A stretch of 64,000 nucleotides of DNA from a virus, in the IMG/VR virus record IMGVR_UViG_3300021964_000021, positions 1 to 64,000 of that record; one strand, 5' to 3'. The first letter of the stretch is position 1. Each line of letters begins with the position of its first letter. This document shows, piece after piece, positions 31,069-40,027 of the stretch. The notes under the pieces were generated by a model, which was given only the letters and a program-made list of their open reading frames with translations, did not search any database and was not told the origin of the DNA. Both the position numbers and the translations under genes were made by a program.

Positions 31069-31854
31069 ATGGCACAATACTCTAATTATAAAAAAGTATC
31101 TGGATCTAGTTTGCCAAGTGGATCAGTTACAGCAGATAAACTTGCAGCTGATGGATTAAACACTTGGAACGTCAAGTGGTTCTGGGGTAGTCCAAATGCA
31201 TGTACTCCTGGTTGTTGCTGTCTCTGGACAGTTCCAACTGGTGTCAGAAGAATGACTATTGAGATGTGGGGTGCTGGTGGAAGCGGATCTGGGTCCTGCA
31301 ACTGTAGTCGTTGTTTGGTTTTCCGTGGTGCTCAAGGTGGTTACTATAATACTAAAACCATTGATGTCCAAGGTGGTTGGCAGTATACCGTTTGTGCTGC
31401 AGGTGTCTATCGTTGCTGTTATAGAGATTGTGTTGGTTGCTGTGGTTGTGCTTCTTATGTTAATGGATGTAACTTGAGCAACTTCTGTGCAATCGGCGGT
31501 CATGGTGGTATTCACTGTAATAGCTGGTCTTTAAACTGCCACTCTGAGAATATGTGCTGCAGAGCACCAGGTGATAATGGTGGTGACTTTGGAATGGGTA
31601 ATCACATGGGTGGATATTGGAATCCAAAAGGTTACTTCTGCCATTGTCATGGTAGTTTCTCTAACCCAACTTCTGCTCCATTCATTGGAACTAATGTGTT
31701 CCAGCAACTCAACTTCTGTTGGATTCGTTGTGGATGTTGGACCGTTCCATTTGGACATGGTGGACAAAATGGTATGACTACTTATTGTGGTAGTGGTCAT
31801 TGTGGACAAGGCGGCATGGGTGGTGCTGGACTTGTCAAGATTACTTATGTCTGA
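31069..31854 (+). CDS. Cys/Gly-rich protein, paralogue 3
   Basis: 27 Cys in 261 aa; colinear with paralogues 1 and 2. Confidence 0.75.
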   Translation: MAQYSNYKKVSGSSLPSGSVTADKLAADGLNTWNVKWFWGSPNACTPGCCCLWTVPTGVRRMTIEMWGAGGSGSGSCNCSRCLVFRGAQGGYYNTKTIDVQGGWQYTVCAAGVYRCCYRDCVGCCGCASYVNGCNLSNFCAIGGHGGIHCNSWSLNCHSENMCCRAPGDNGGDFGMGNHMGGYWNPKGYFCHCHGSFSNPTSAPFIGTNVFQQLNFCWIRCGCWTVPFGHGGQNGMTTYCGSGHCGQGGMGGAGLVKITYV

Positions 31855-31883
31855 TAAAATAAAGATTCCGTGTGAAGGAAGTG

Positions 31884-31915
31884 AAGAGGGTGCTAACCGC
31901 ACCCTCTTTTTTTTT
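31884..31915 (+). terminator. Rho-independent terminator
   Basis: AAGAGGGTGC-TAACC-GCACCCTCTT plus long T run. Confidence 0.9.
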
Positions 31916-31921
31916 ATTTGT

Positions 31922-31929
31922 TATAAATA
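31922..31929 (+). promoter_or_regulatory. T4-type late promoter
   Basis: TATAAATA. Confidence 0.8.
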
Positions 31930-31968
31930 GAAACGAAGGAGTAAACCCGAACAAATCCGAAAACAATT

Positions 31969-32673
31969 ATGGCTACACAACAAATCAGAGTAGAGTATGA
32001 TCTCGCTCTCCCCAACGAATTCTTAGTTGATCATGACATAGACGCAGGTAGAACCCGCACTACTGTATATGATGGTCCTGATAAGATCTATCTTCAAATT
32101 GGTGCTGATGGAACTGAAGTTGCAGGTCCTTTGACAGAAGATGATATCTTGGATGGTCGCGTAATGCCAGCAGACTGTGTTGATTGGTTTGAAGTTGATT
32201 GTGCAACTAATCCTCTTATCTGTCAGCTCAGAGGTCCAGTTGTCAATGAATTGGAAGAAGAGTATACTGGAGAAACTGTTCATCCACAATCTCCTGAGAT
32301 CGATGGATATCCACGATTCTCTTATGGTACACCAATCATGCCTGGCGATATCTACGATTCTCATTCGGTAAGAGTTATCGACGGTGAGATTCAAGTTGAT
32401 AGATTCTCTGTTAGCAAGAAGATTGTTGATAGAGACTTTGATCTTACTTGGGAAATGCTTCGTGCCAAGAGAAATGCGATGCTTGAATCTTGCGATTCTA
32501 AAACCAGTACTGATATGCCTGCTGAACTTTTGGAGACATGGAAGGTATTTCGTCAAAAGTTGAGAGACTTTCCTGCTGTTATGCAAGCAAACAATGTACC
32601 TCCTAATGTCGCATACTACATGTTCCCAGAACAACCTCAACCTTCTACAGATCCAGCAGCTGGAGCATTCTGA
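31969..32673 (+). CDS. Tail fibre assembly chaperone-like protein
   Basis: LRAKRNAMLESCD....D.P.....WKVFRQKLRDFP motif. Confidence 0.75.
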   Translation: MATQQIRVEYDLALPNEFLVDHDIDAGRTRTTVYDGPDKIYLQIGADGTEVAGPLTEDDILDGRVMPADCVDWFEVDCATNPLICQLRGPVVNELEEEYTGETVHPQSPEIDGYPRFSYGTPIMPGDIYDSHSVRVIDGEIQVDRFSVSKKIVDRDFDLTWEMLRAKRNAMLESCDSKTSTDMPAELLETWKVFRQKLRDFPAVMQANNVPPNVAYYMFPEQPQPSTDPAAGAF

Positions 32674-32688
32674 TTCTTATTGATTTTT

Positions 32689-33225
32689 ATGATTGATAAT
32701 TATAAAATTTATAAATTTGATTATATAAAAGAAAATCAATCAGATATTGTTAGAGTGGCAGATATTTGCCACTCTAATCTTGTATCGGAAGGATTTGGAG
32801 ACACTACTTGGAGTTATTATCTTTATAATATTTTTAGTGTCTCTTCTCCATCTCTACATTACTATAAGATTTTTAGAAAACTTAGAGATATAATTAGAGA
32901 GAACGTAAAGGAAGAAAATATCTGGTTACAAGCATGGTTAAATATGCATGATTATGATACGGTGTTAGACTGGCACAATCACACAGCACCATATCACGGA
33001 TATATTTCTATAGAACCACAGGATACCACCACCGAGTTTGAGGATTGGGAGGTGAAGAATGAGTGTGGAAACATATATTTTGGTAATGGTAATGTGAGAC
33101 ATAGAGTTGTGAATAACTCTCACTACACTGGTAAAAGGATTACAATTGGATACGATGTAATTCCTGAGAGTGCTTTTGAGCATTCATATCCAACTGCACA
33201 ATATGGAGCAATGCCACTTTTATAA
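32689..33225 (+). CDS. 2OG-Fe(II) oxygenase-like protein
   Basis: WLNMH...WHNH....HGYISI, RHRV, RITIGYD. Confidence 0.6.
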   Translation: MIDNYKIYKFDYIKENQSDIVRVADICHSNLVSEGFGDTTWSYYLYNIFSVSSPSLHYYKIFRKLRDIIRENVKEENIWLQAWLNMHDYDTVLDWHNHTAPYHGYISIEPQDTTTEFEDWEVKNECGNIYFGNGNVRHRVVNNSHYTGKRITIGYDVIPESAFEHSYPTAQYGAMPLL

Positions 33226-33830
33226 TGTTTGAATTGAATTCTGAGTTGACTGCAAAGGTGGTTAAGGTTATTGATAGTCAAGTAATTGAGATTGATAACC
33301 TTTATGAAGATCCTGATAATGTAAGAGAGTATGCAATATCTTCTAAGAAGATTACCAGAAGTGATAATGAAGATCTTCTTGCTGGAGCAATAGGTCGTAG
33401 AGTGTGTGAAGATACTCTTGAACTTGGTTATCAACTTAAAAATACTTTTGAGTCTTTGTGTCAGCATCCTGGTTGGGGAATTGAATTTAATAAAAAAGAT
33501 CATGACTACTACTGGTCTGGTATGAGATTCATGGTTAACGTGACAAGTAATCGTGAGATTATCGAAGATGGTAGAAACATGATTGCTCATAGAGACCCTG
33601 ACTTTTTAAAATGGGCATGTGTTGTGTACTTAAATACATTGGATGAATGTGAAGGTGGAACAGGATTTTATCAATATGATCCTAAAAAAGATGTAATAAA
33701 CCTTGAACATTTATCAAAGATGAAGTATAATAAGGCAGTGTTATATCCTGCTGGCATTGTTCATGGTGCTATCATGGAGAAGACAATGTTCAAAGACTGT
33801 GACCGATTGGTGCAGGTTATGTTCATGTGA
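33225..33830 (+). CDS. 2OG-Fe(II) oxygenase-like (DUF6445-type)
   Basis: IDNLYEDPD.VR, HRD, VVYLN...GGTGFY, H, RLVQ. Confidence 0.7.
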   Translation: MFELNSELTAKVVKVIDSQVIEIDNLYEDPDNVREYAISSKKITRSDNEDLLAGAIGRRVCEDTLELGYQLKNTFESLCQHPGWGIEFNKKDHDYYWSGMRFMVNVTSNREIIEDGRNMIAHRDPDFLKWACVVYLNTLDECEGGTGFYQYDPKKDVINLEHLSKMKYNKAVLYPAGIVHGAIMEKTMFKDCDRLVQVMFM

Positions 33831-33876
33831 TAAATAACCCAAGATTATAATTCATTATCCATTTGGAGTTGATTTA

Positions 33877-35025
33877 ATGAGATCAAAAGCATTTTTTGTC
33901 AATGGTGGAGCTGGCAGAGTAATTTGCTCCATCCCTGCATTTGAAAAATATGCAGAGACCCACGACGATTTTGTTATCGTTTGTGAGGGAGGAACAGATT
34001 TTTTTAAAGGTCATCCAACTCTGGATGGTAAAGCATTCGATAATTGGCATAAGGGACTATTTGAACAGGAACTCAAGCACCGAGATATTGTTACTACTGA
34101 ACCATATCGTATTTGGGAATACTACAATCAGAAGTGTAGTCTTTCTCAAGCATATGATATTCAAATTAATGAACTTGATGGACCAAGGGAACTTCCTGCA
34201 CCAACAATTCAGTTGTCTAAGATGGAAGTCATCTCTGGATTCAACGCTGTAGAAGAAGTTAAGCAAGGAACAGGTAAAGATAAAGTTTTAATTGTTCAAC
34301 CTTTTGGTAGGTCTACTGAAGCAGTGGGTGAGGACTTTATTGCTGATCCATCTTCTCGTAGTTTCTCCCTTAATAATATTGTTAGTATTATTAATGAGTT
34401 GAAAAAAGATTATGCAGTTATCATTATGAGTGAGATTCAATTCCCACTTGAGGAAAATGAAGAGAAGTCAAAGTATAAAGTTGCTCGACCTCAGATTACT
34501 GAAATGCGGACCTGGGCAGGTCTTATTCATGCCGCTGACCACTTTTTAGGGTGTGACAGTATGGGACAGCATCTTGCTAGAGCATTTGATAAGACTGCAA
34601 CTGTAGTAACTGGTTCTACTTACCCAATTAATATTTCTTATCCTGACTGTAATAATTTTGATATTATTGATGTTGGTGAGGGTAGAAGAGTTTATTCTCC
34701 GATTCGTTTGACTATGGACGAAGCAGCGGATCGCTATAACGATCAAGCAATGGAACTGTCTAAGGATCAAGAGAAACAAGTGATTGCTTCTGTTCGTAAG
34801 AGACTGGGTAAATCAACTGCATATACGAACTACAAGACTAAAACTGAAAAACAACCTTTACCTTCTCCCCCTTTGAATTCTCCTTCCACTTATGGAGCAC
34901 CTTTAAACGCAACTAAACCACAAATTAAAAAACCAACAAAAGGATTTTTGGATGATGTAAAGACAGCAACTCAACAAACTAAAGTAGAAGATCAAGTTAA
35001 AGAAATCCTTAATAATTTAAAGTGA
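33877..35025 (+). CDS. GT9 (heptosyltransferase)-like glycosyltransferase
   Basis: GGAGRVICSIPA, IVQPFG and ADHFLGCDSMGQHLARAF motifs of GT-B family 9. Confidence 0.65.
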   Translation: MRSKAFFVNGGAGRVICSIPAFEKYAETHDDFVIVCEGGTDFFKGHPTLDGKAFDNWHKGLFEQELKHRDIVTTEPYRIWEYYNQKCSLSQAYDIQINELDGPRELPAPTIQLSKMEVISGFNAVEEVKQGTGKDKVLIVQPFGRSTEAVGEDFIADPSSRSFSLNNIVSIINELKKDYAVIIMSEIQFPLEENEEKSKYKVARPQITEMRTWAGLIHAADHFLGCDSMGQHLARAFDKTATVVTGSTYPINISYPDCNNFDIIDVGEGRRVYSPIRLTMDEAADRYNDQAMELSKDQEKQVIASVRKRLGKSTAYTNYKTKTEKQPLPSPPLNSPSTYGAPLNATKPQIKKPTKGFLDDVKTATQQTKVEDQVKEILNNLK

Positions 35026-35032
35026 GGTAGGA

Positions 35033-36829
35033 ATGGCACAATGGATTGCAGCAATCGCTAGAGGACATAACTCTGGTCTTTGCCTATTAAAAGATGGTGA
35101 GATGGTTCTCTCTATTGAAGAAGAGAGACTATCTAGGCACAAGTATGATGGAGGTCCTCTTGCATCTATGGTCAAGATTTTGGAATACACAGATAAACTT
35201 GACTATCTTGTTGTTGCTCATACTCAACCACTAGGTGAGAGCGGTCGAATTGACTTTACTGGTGATGATCTTTACACAGGTCTAGCTAGAAAGTTGGGAC
35301 TGATTGATAGAAAAGAAGATCTCTATAAGCACCCTCAAGTTATTGACCTGAGCAGGACTCATCATAAACTTCATGCTGCATGTGCTTTTTATCGATCTGG
35401 ATTTAAGTCTGCAGTATCTTTAGTTGTGGATGGTGCAGGAACTTTTATTCCGATGAATGTCGGTAGAGAAAATGATATGACATGGGAATTGGAATCCATG
35501 TTTACTTGTGAATATCCTGCAAATTTTAAGACTATCTACAAACACCAAGCAGGTAGAGGTCCATGGGGATCTGCAAGGATCGAAGAATTTACTAGTGAAG
35601 GTGAGAATGAAGAGGGAACTCATGAATTCATTCTTGATGAGAGTGCTGGTATTACAAAAGCATATGAAGCAGTAACTCAATATTGTGGATGGGCACCCAT
35701 TGAAGCTGGCAAAACTATGGGATTGTTCCCATATGGAAAACCTAATGACAAGATTCCAGAGATCTATTCCGATCATGGTGGAACTGCTGAATGGAAGACT
35801 TCTAATCGAGATGTAATTGTTCCAACGTATCCCAATGGTGCGGTTGTCAATGAGGGTAGATATACCTTCTTGAAGACTCCTCCAGAACCTGGTGACCTCA
35901 CTTTGCTTGAGAATCGTAGGGATATGGCATATGCCATTCAAGTTGAATCGCAACAGATGGTTTTGGATTTGATTCGTAAAGCAGTTGAGAAGAGTGGAAA
36001 CAAGAATGTTGTCCTCTCTGGTGGATATGGTTTAAATTGTGTTGCAAACTATTGGTATCTTGAACAACTTAAAGATGAGGGTATCAATCTTTTTGTAGAA
36101 CCAGTTAGCAACGACGCTGGAACTGCTATTGGTGCTGCACTTTTAGTTTATCATTCTGTAACTGGTGACATGGAAATTAGAGATAGAATTAAGGATCTTT
36201 ACTATGGTCCTGAGTATGATTATTCTTTAGATCAGATTGAAGAAGTTGCTACTCGCTGGGGTGCAACTGACATTAAAACTGGTGCTGATTATGAAGATGT
36301 TGTAAATCTTATCAAAGATAAGAATATTGTTGCAATGTATCAGGGTAGATCTGAGGCAGGACCTCGTGCCCTTGGTAATCGCTCTATTCTTTATGATCCT
36401 CGTGATCCTAATGGTAAAGATCATGTTAATGAAGTGAAGCGTCGTGAATACTTCCGTCCTTTTGCTGGATCTATTCTAAAAGAACACGTTCATGAGTGGT
36501 TTGATCTTCGTGGTATGGATGATACCCCATTCATGATGTATGCTGTCAAGTGTCAAGAAGGAATTGAGGAAAAGATTCCTGCTATCATTCATGTTGATGG
36601 TACATGTAGAATTCAGACAGTTACTGAGGAAGTTAATCGACATTATTATGGATTGATTGAAGAGTTTCATAAGCAAACTGGTTGTCCTATTATCTTTAAT
36701 ACATCATTTAATCTTGGTGGAGAACCTCTTGTAGAGACTCTTGATGATGCTCTTCGCACTCTTGCTAATTCATCTATTGAGTATCTTTACCTTCCAGAAT
36801 ATGCAGTATTGATTGAAGTATCCAATTAA
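35033..36829 (+). CDS. Carbamoyltransferase (NodU/CmcH/TobZ family), full length
   Basis: EEERLSRHK, HHKLHA, AGKTMGL, SGGYGLNC, EAGPRALGNRS, NTSFN. Confidence 0.92.
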   Translation: MAQWIAAIARGHNSGLCLLKDGEMVLSIEEERLSRHKYDGGPLASMVKILEYTDKLDYLVVAHTQPLGESGRIDFTGDDLYTGLARKLGLIDRKEDLYKHPQVIDLSRTHHKLHAACAFYRSGFKSAVSLVVDGAGTFIPMNVGRENDMTWELESMFTCEYPANFKTIYKHQAGRGPWGSARIEEFTSEGENEEGTHEFILDESAGITKAYEAVTQYCGWAPIEAGKTMGLFPYGKPNDKIPEIYSDHGGTAEWKTSNRDVIVPTYPNGAVVNEGRYTFLKTPPEPGDLTLLENRRDMAYAIQVESQQMVLDLIRKAVEKSGNKNVVLSGGYGLNCVANYWYLEQLKDEGINLFVEPVSNDAGTAIGAALLVYHSVTGDMEIRDRIKDLYYGPEYDYSLDQIEEVATRWGATDIKTGADYEDVVNLIKDKNIVAMYQGRSEAGPRALGNRSILYDPRDPNGKDHVNEVKRREYFRPFAGSILKEHVHEWFDLRGMDDTPFMMYAVKCQEGIEEKIPAIIHVDGTCRIQTVTEEVNRHYYGLIEEFHKQTGCPIIFNTSFNLGGEPLVETLDDALRTLANSSIEYLYLPEYAVLIEVSN

Positions 36830-36833
36830 AATT

Positions 36834-37364
36834 ATGACGAGAAAAGATTTATTTGCTATTCCTATATTTGAAGATAAAGTTGATCTCAGCAAGATTAGTA
36901 TAGAATGTGGTGAGTATAACTCTACTTGGGATAGTGAAATTAAAACAAGTCTTGGATCGAATATTGAAGTTGCTGACGAAACTTGGGAGCATTTGAACGA
37001 GGTAATCTCAAGGAATATTAATCAAATAAATTGTTCATATGAGAATGCTGGGATTAGATCTATATGGAGGAATATCTATACCAAAACAGACTATCAAGAT
37101 CCCCATATACATCCACATTCTCAGTGGAGTTTTATTATCTACGAGACTGTGCCTAGATCTAAAACAATGTTCTTCAATCCTTCTATGAAGGATATTCAAA
37201 ATCAGATTAGTGGTGGTGGAATACCTGACTTTATGCTTGATTATAAACCAGATTTGGAAGTTGGTTCTATCATAATCTTCCCATCATTCCTTATGCACAT
37301 GGTTGCTCATGGTAGTGAAGGGTCAACAATATCTGGAAATATTCATTTGGATTATCGACCGTGA
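36834..37364 (+). CDS. 2OG-Fe(II) oxygenase-like (TIGR02466-type)
   Basis: LFAIPI, HIHPHSQWSFIIY, IFPSFLMH, TISGN. Confidence 0.75.
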   Translation: MTRKDLFAIPIFEDKVDLSKISIECGEYNSTWDSEIKTSLGSNIEVADETWEHLNEVISRNINQINCSYENAGIRSIWRNIYTKTDYQDPHIHPHSQWSFIIYETVPRSKTMFFNPSMKDIQNQISGGGIPDFMLDYKPDLEVGSIIIFPSFLMHMVAHGSEGSTISGNIHLDYRP

Positions 37365-37771
37365 GAAAAGTTTTTGTAAATGGTACGTTTGATCTTCTAC
37401 ATAGAGGTCATTTAGAACTTTTAAATTTTGCAAAATCTCTAGGCGATAGAGTTCATGTAGGTATTGATACTGACAGAAGAGTTGCGGAAAAAAAAGGTCC
37501 TTCCAGACCAATATATAATCAGGAAGAACGAAAGTTCTTTTTAGAAAATTTAAAAGCAGTGGATAAGGTACATTATTTTGATTCTGATTTAGAATTAGAA
37601 GTGTTAATTAACTTTATCCAACCAGACGTAATGGTTGTTGGTTCTGATTGGAAGGGTAAGTCTGTCATTGGATCAATGTACGCTGCTGAGTTAGTATTTT
37701 TTAGTAGAATTGGTGACTATGCAACCACAAAAACAATTGAACGTATTATTGATAGGAGAGACTTGCGATGA
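37361..37771 (+). CDS. HldC/RfaE domain II-like nucleotidyltransferase
   Basis: NGTFDLLHRGH (HxGH), KGPSRPI, GSDW. Confidence 0.85.
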   Translation: MRKVFVNGTFDLLHRGHLELLNFAKSLGDRVHVGIDTDRRVAEKKGPSRPIYNQEERKFFLENLKAVDKVHYFDSDLELEVLINFIQPDVMVVGSDWKGKSVIGSMYAAELVFFSRIGDYATTKTIERIIDRRDLR

Positions 37772-38486
37772 TGAATATGTCTATGGAGACGTAGAACGTA
37801 TTAGTCCAGAAGCTCCTGTACCAGTTCTTAAATATGATAGAACTGAGACACATAAAGGTATGTCTGCTAATGTCAAGGCAAATCTAGAGTCTTTTGGTGT
37901 CTTTGTAAATCATATTACCAATAAGAAACCAATCATAAAGCGTAGGGTAGTTGATCGTGGTAGTAATCAACAACTGATACGTATTGATGAGGAGTCTGAT
38001 ATTGATCCCCTAAGAGTATCCGAAGTAAAATCTGCATTTATTCATATGCAGTATGATGCTGTGGTTATATCTGATTATGATAAGGGGTATTTAACTAAGA
38101 ACGACTTGGAAGTTTTTTGTCAGAACTTCTCAGGACCAGTCTTTATTGATACTAAAAAAACTGAGCTGTTCAGTTATCCAAATGTATTTTTTAAAATTAA
38201 TTTGAGAGAATATAATAATCTGACTGTTGCACCAAACCCAGAGAATCTTATTGTTACTATGGGTGAGCAAGGTGCTAAGTACATGGAGAATATTTATGCA
38301 CCAGAGCGCGTGAATGTATTTGATGTTGTTGGTGCAGGAGATACTTTTTTAGCGGCACTGGTATATGCATTCTTGACATATGGTGATATTGCAGCAGCAA
38401 TAAGTGTTGCAAATAAGGCATCTGCTATTGCAGTTCAACACTATGGGTGTTATACTTTAAAGGAAGAAGATGTAGCAGGACTATGA
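37719..38486 (+). CDS. HldA/RfaE domain I-like PfkB sugar kinase
   Basis: RISPEAPVPV, ISDYDKG, DVVGAGDTF. Confidence 0.88.
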   Translation: MQPQKQLNVLLIGETCDDEYVYGDVERISPEAPVPVLKYDRTETHKGMSANVKANLESFGVFVNHITNKKPIIKRRVVDRGSNQQLIRIDEESDIDPLRVSEVKSAFIHMQYDAVVISDYDKGYLTKNDLEVFCQNFSGPVFIDTKKTELFSYPNVFFKINLREYNNLTVAPNPENLIVTMGEQGAKYMENIYAPERVNVFDVVGAGDTFLAALVYAFLTYGDIAAAISVANKASAIAVQHYGCYTLKEEDVAGL

Positions 38487-38836
38487 GAGCACTACTACCT
38501 GGAATGAAGACATATTGCATTGATATTGATGGTGTTATTGCCGAGAAGAATGGCACTTGTAAGACATGTAAGTATGAAGCAAGCACTCCCATGAGGGAGA
38601 ACATTGAGAAGATTAATAAGTTGTATGATGAAGGTCACTACATTAAGTACTTCACTGCTAGAGGTATGGGAACCTATCATGATGATGCAACTCAAGCTGA
38701 TGCTCGTTGGAGGCAGTTAACGGAACTTCAACTGAGGATTTGGAATTGTAAGTATCATGAACTCATTATGGGTAAACCCTCAGCGGACTACTACATAGAT
38801 GATAAGGCGGTAAATTCTAATGACTTCTTCAATTAA
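38483..38836 (+). CDS. Small HAD-family phosphatase
   Basis: DIDGV, FTARG, GKPSADYYIDDK. Confidence 0.8.
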   Translation: MRALLPGMKTYCIDIDGVIAEKNGTCKTCKYEASTPMRENIEKINKLYDEGHYIKYFTARGMGTYHDDATQADARWRQLTELQLRIWNCKYHELIMGKPSADYYIDDKAVNSNDFFN

Positions 38837-39173
38837 ATATGTTCCCAAAGGTTGGGGATATGAGAAGTGGATCGTTAATAATGAAATGTATTGTGGTAAG
38901 CTTTTATTCTTTGAGAAGGGTAAGAGATGCTCATGGCACTATCACAAATTAAAAGATGAGACCTTCTATTTGCAGAGTGGTCTCATGTCTTTATATTATG
39001 GGTATGAAAATGATTTATCGACAGCGGAGATGATTGTTCTTACACCTGGAGAAAAATTTCATATTCCTGTTGGGATGAGACATCAGATGGTTGCTTTGAA
39101 TGATACTGAACTGTTTGAGTTCTCAACCCAACACTTTGATTCTGATAGTTATCGAGTCATTCGTGGTGATTGA
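38820..39173 (+). CDS. Cupin (sugar-phosphate isomerase-like)
   Basis: KGWG.E, SWHYHKLKDETFY, IPVGMRH. Confidence 0.75.
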   Translation: MTSSIKYVPKGWGYEKWIVNNEMYCGKLLFFEKGKRCSWHYHKLKDETFYLQSGLMSLYYGYENDLSTAEMIVLTPGEKFHIPVGMRHQMVALNDTELFEFSTQHFDSDSYRVIRGD

Positions 39174-39963
39174 TATATTCTTCTACTGTTGTAAAATTAT
39201 AATTACCAATCCACTTCATATCGGCACAAGTATAGGTTTGGTATTTACCCTTTAAATGATTTGGAAATGGGATGGTATTAATTTTACCACCCTCTTTTTT
39301 TGCAACTAATTCTGCTACATGTTGAAATGACACTGGTGAACCAGTGCCAATGTCGTAGATACCACTACCAGCATTATTGTTGAGAACAATATTCACAACA
39401 TCATTAACCCATACAAAATCTCTAAGGAACTTATCAGATCCTTTAAACAGATTGAGCTCACCAGTTTCTTTAATTTCTTTGGTGAATTTACTTACGGGAC
39501 TTGCCTGATTACCTTTATGATCTTCTCCATCTCCATAGACATTGAAGTATCTAAACCCTTGGACAAGAGAGAACTTATCAATATTATCTAAGACAGTGTA
39601 ATCCACTTGCAACTTTGAGATTGCATATTGATTCAGTGGATTGTATGTCTTTGCTTTTTGATGGATGCTCTGATTCCCATACACTGATGCAGATGATGCA
39701 TACTTAATTGGAATTTGATATTCTATTGCTTTATTAAGCAGGGCACACGAGAATGCTACGTTGTAGTGCCACAACCTCTGCAAATCTTTCTCTGTAGTTG
39801 ATGATATTGCACCTTGATGTAAGATGAGACTTACTTTATTCCACTCATCAAAGTCGGTAAAAAGTCTCCAAGCATCTTCTTGGTCCACAAGGATTACTTC
39901 ATCATCAAGTTTATCTGCAAAGCATTTGCCGATAAATCCTTTGGCACCAGTTAGAATTATCAT
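39157..39963 (-). CDS. hldD: ADP-L-glycero-D-manno-heptose 6-epimerase-like
   Basis: TGAKGFIG, HQGAISSTT, YASSASVYG, YAISK, RYFNVYG, GKYQTYTCAD. Confidence 0.85.
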   Translation of the reverse strand: MIILTGAKGFIGKCFADKLDDEVILVDQEDAWRLFTDFDEWNKVSLILHQGAISSTTEKDLQRLWHYNVAFSCALLNKAIEYQIPIKYASSASVYGNQSIHQKAKTYNPLNQYAISKLQVDYTVLDNIDKFSLVQGFRYFNVYGDGEDHKGNQASPVSKFTKEIKETGELNLFKGSDKFLRDFVWVNDVVNIVLNNNAGSGIYDIGTGSPVSFQHVAELVAKKEGGKINTIPFPNHLKGKYQTYTCADMKWIGNYNFTTVEEYINHHE

Positions 39964-40027
39964 ATCTTTTTGTCCAATATTATATCAAATAAATAATATT
40001 ACTGCAACAATTTTCAGGATATATCCG

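Noticed and set aside
29438-31854. Diversity-generating retroelement or RiPP precursors
   Set aside because: No reverse transcriptase in the window, differences are not adenine-specific, and the proteins are too long and sit in a structural context.
39824-40027. Upstream extension of the 596-aa ORF
   Set aside because: Overlaps hldD antisense; a late-promoter motif at 39990 supports ATG 40028.
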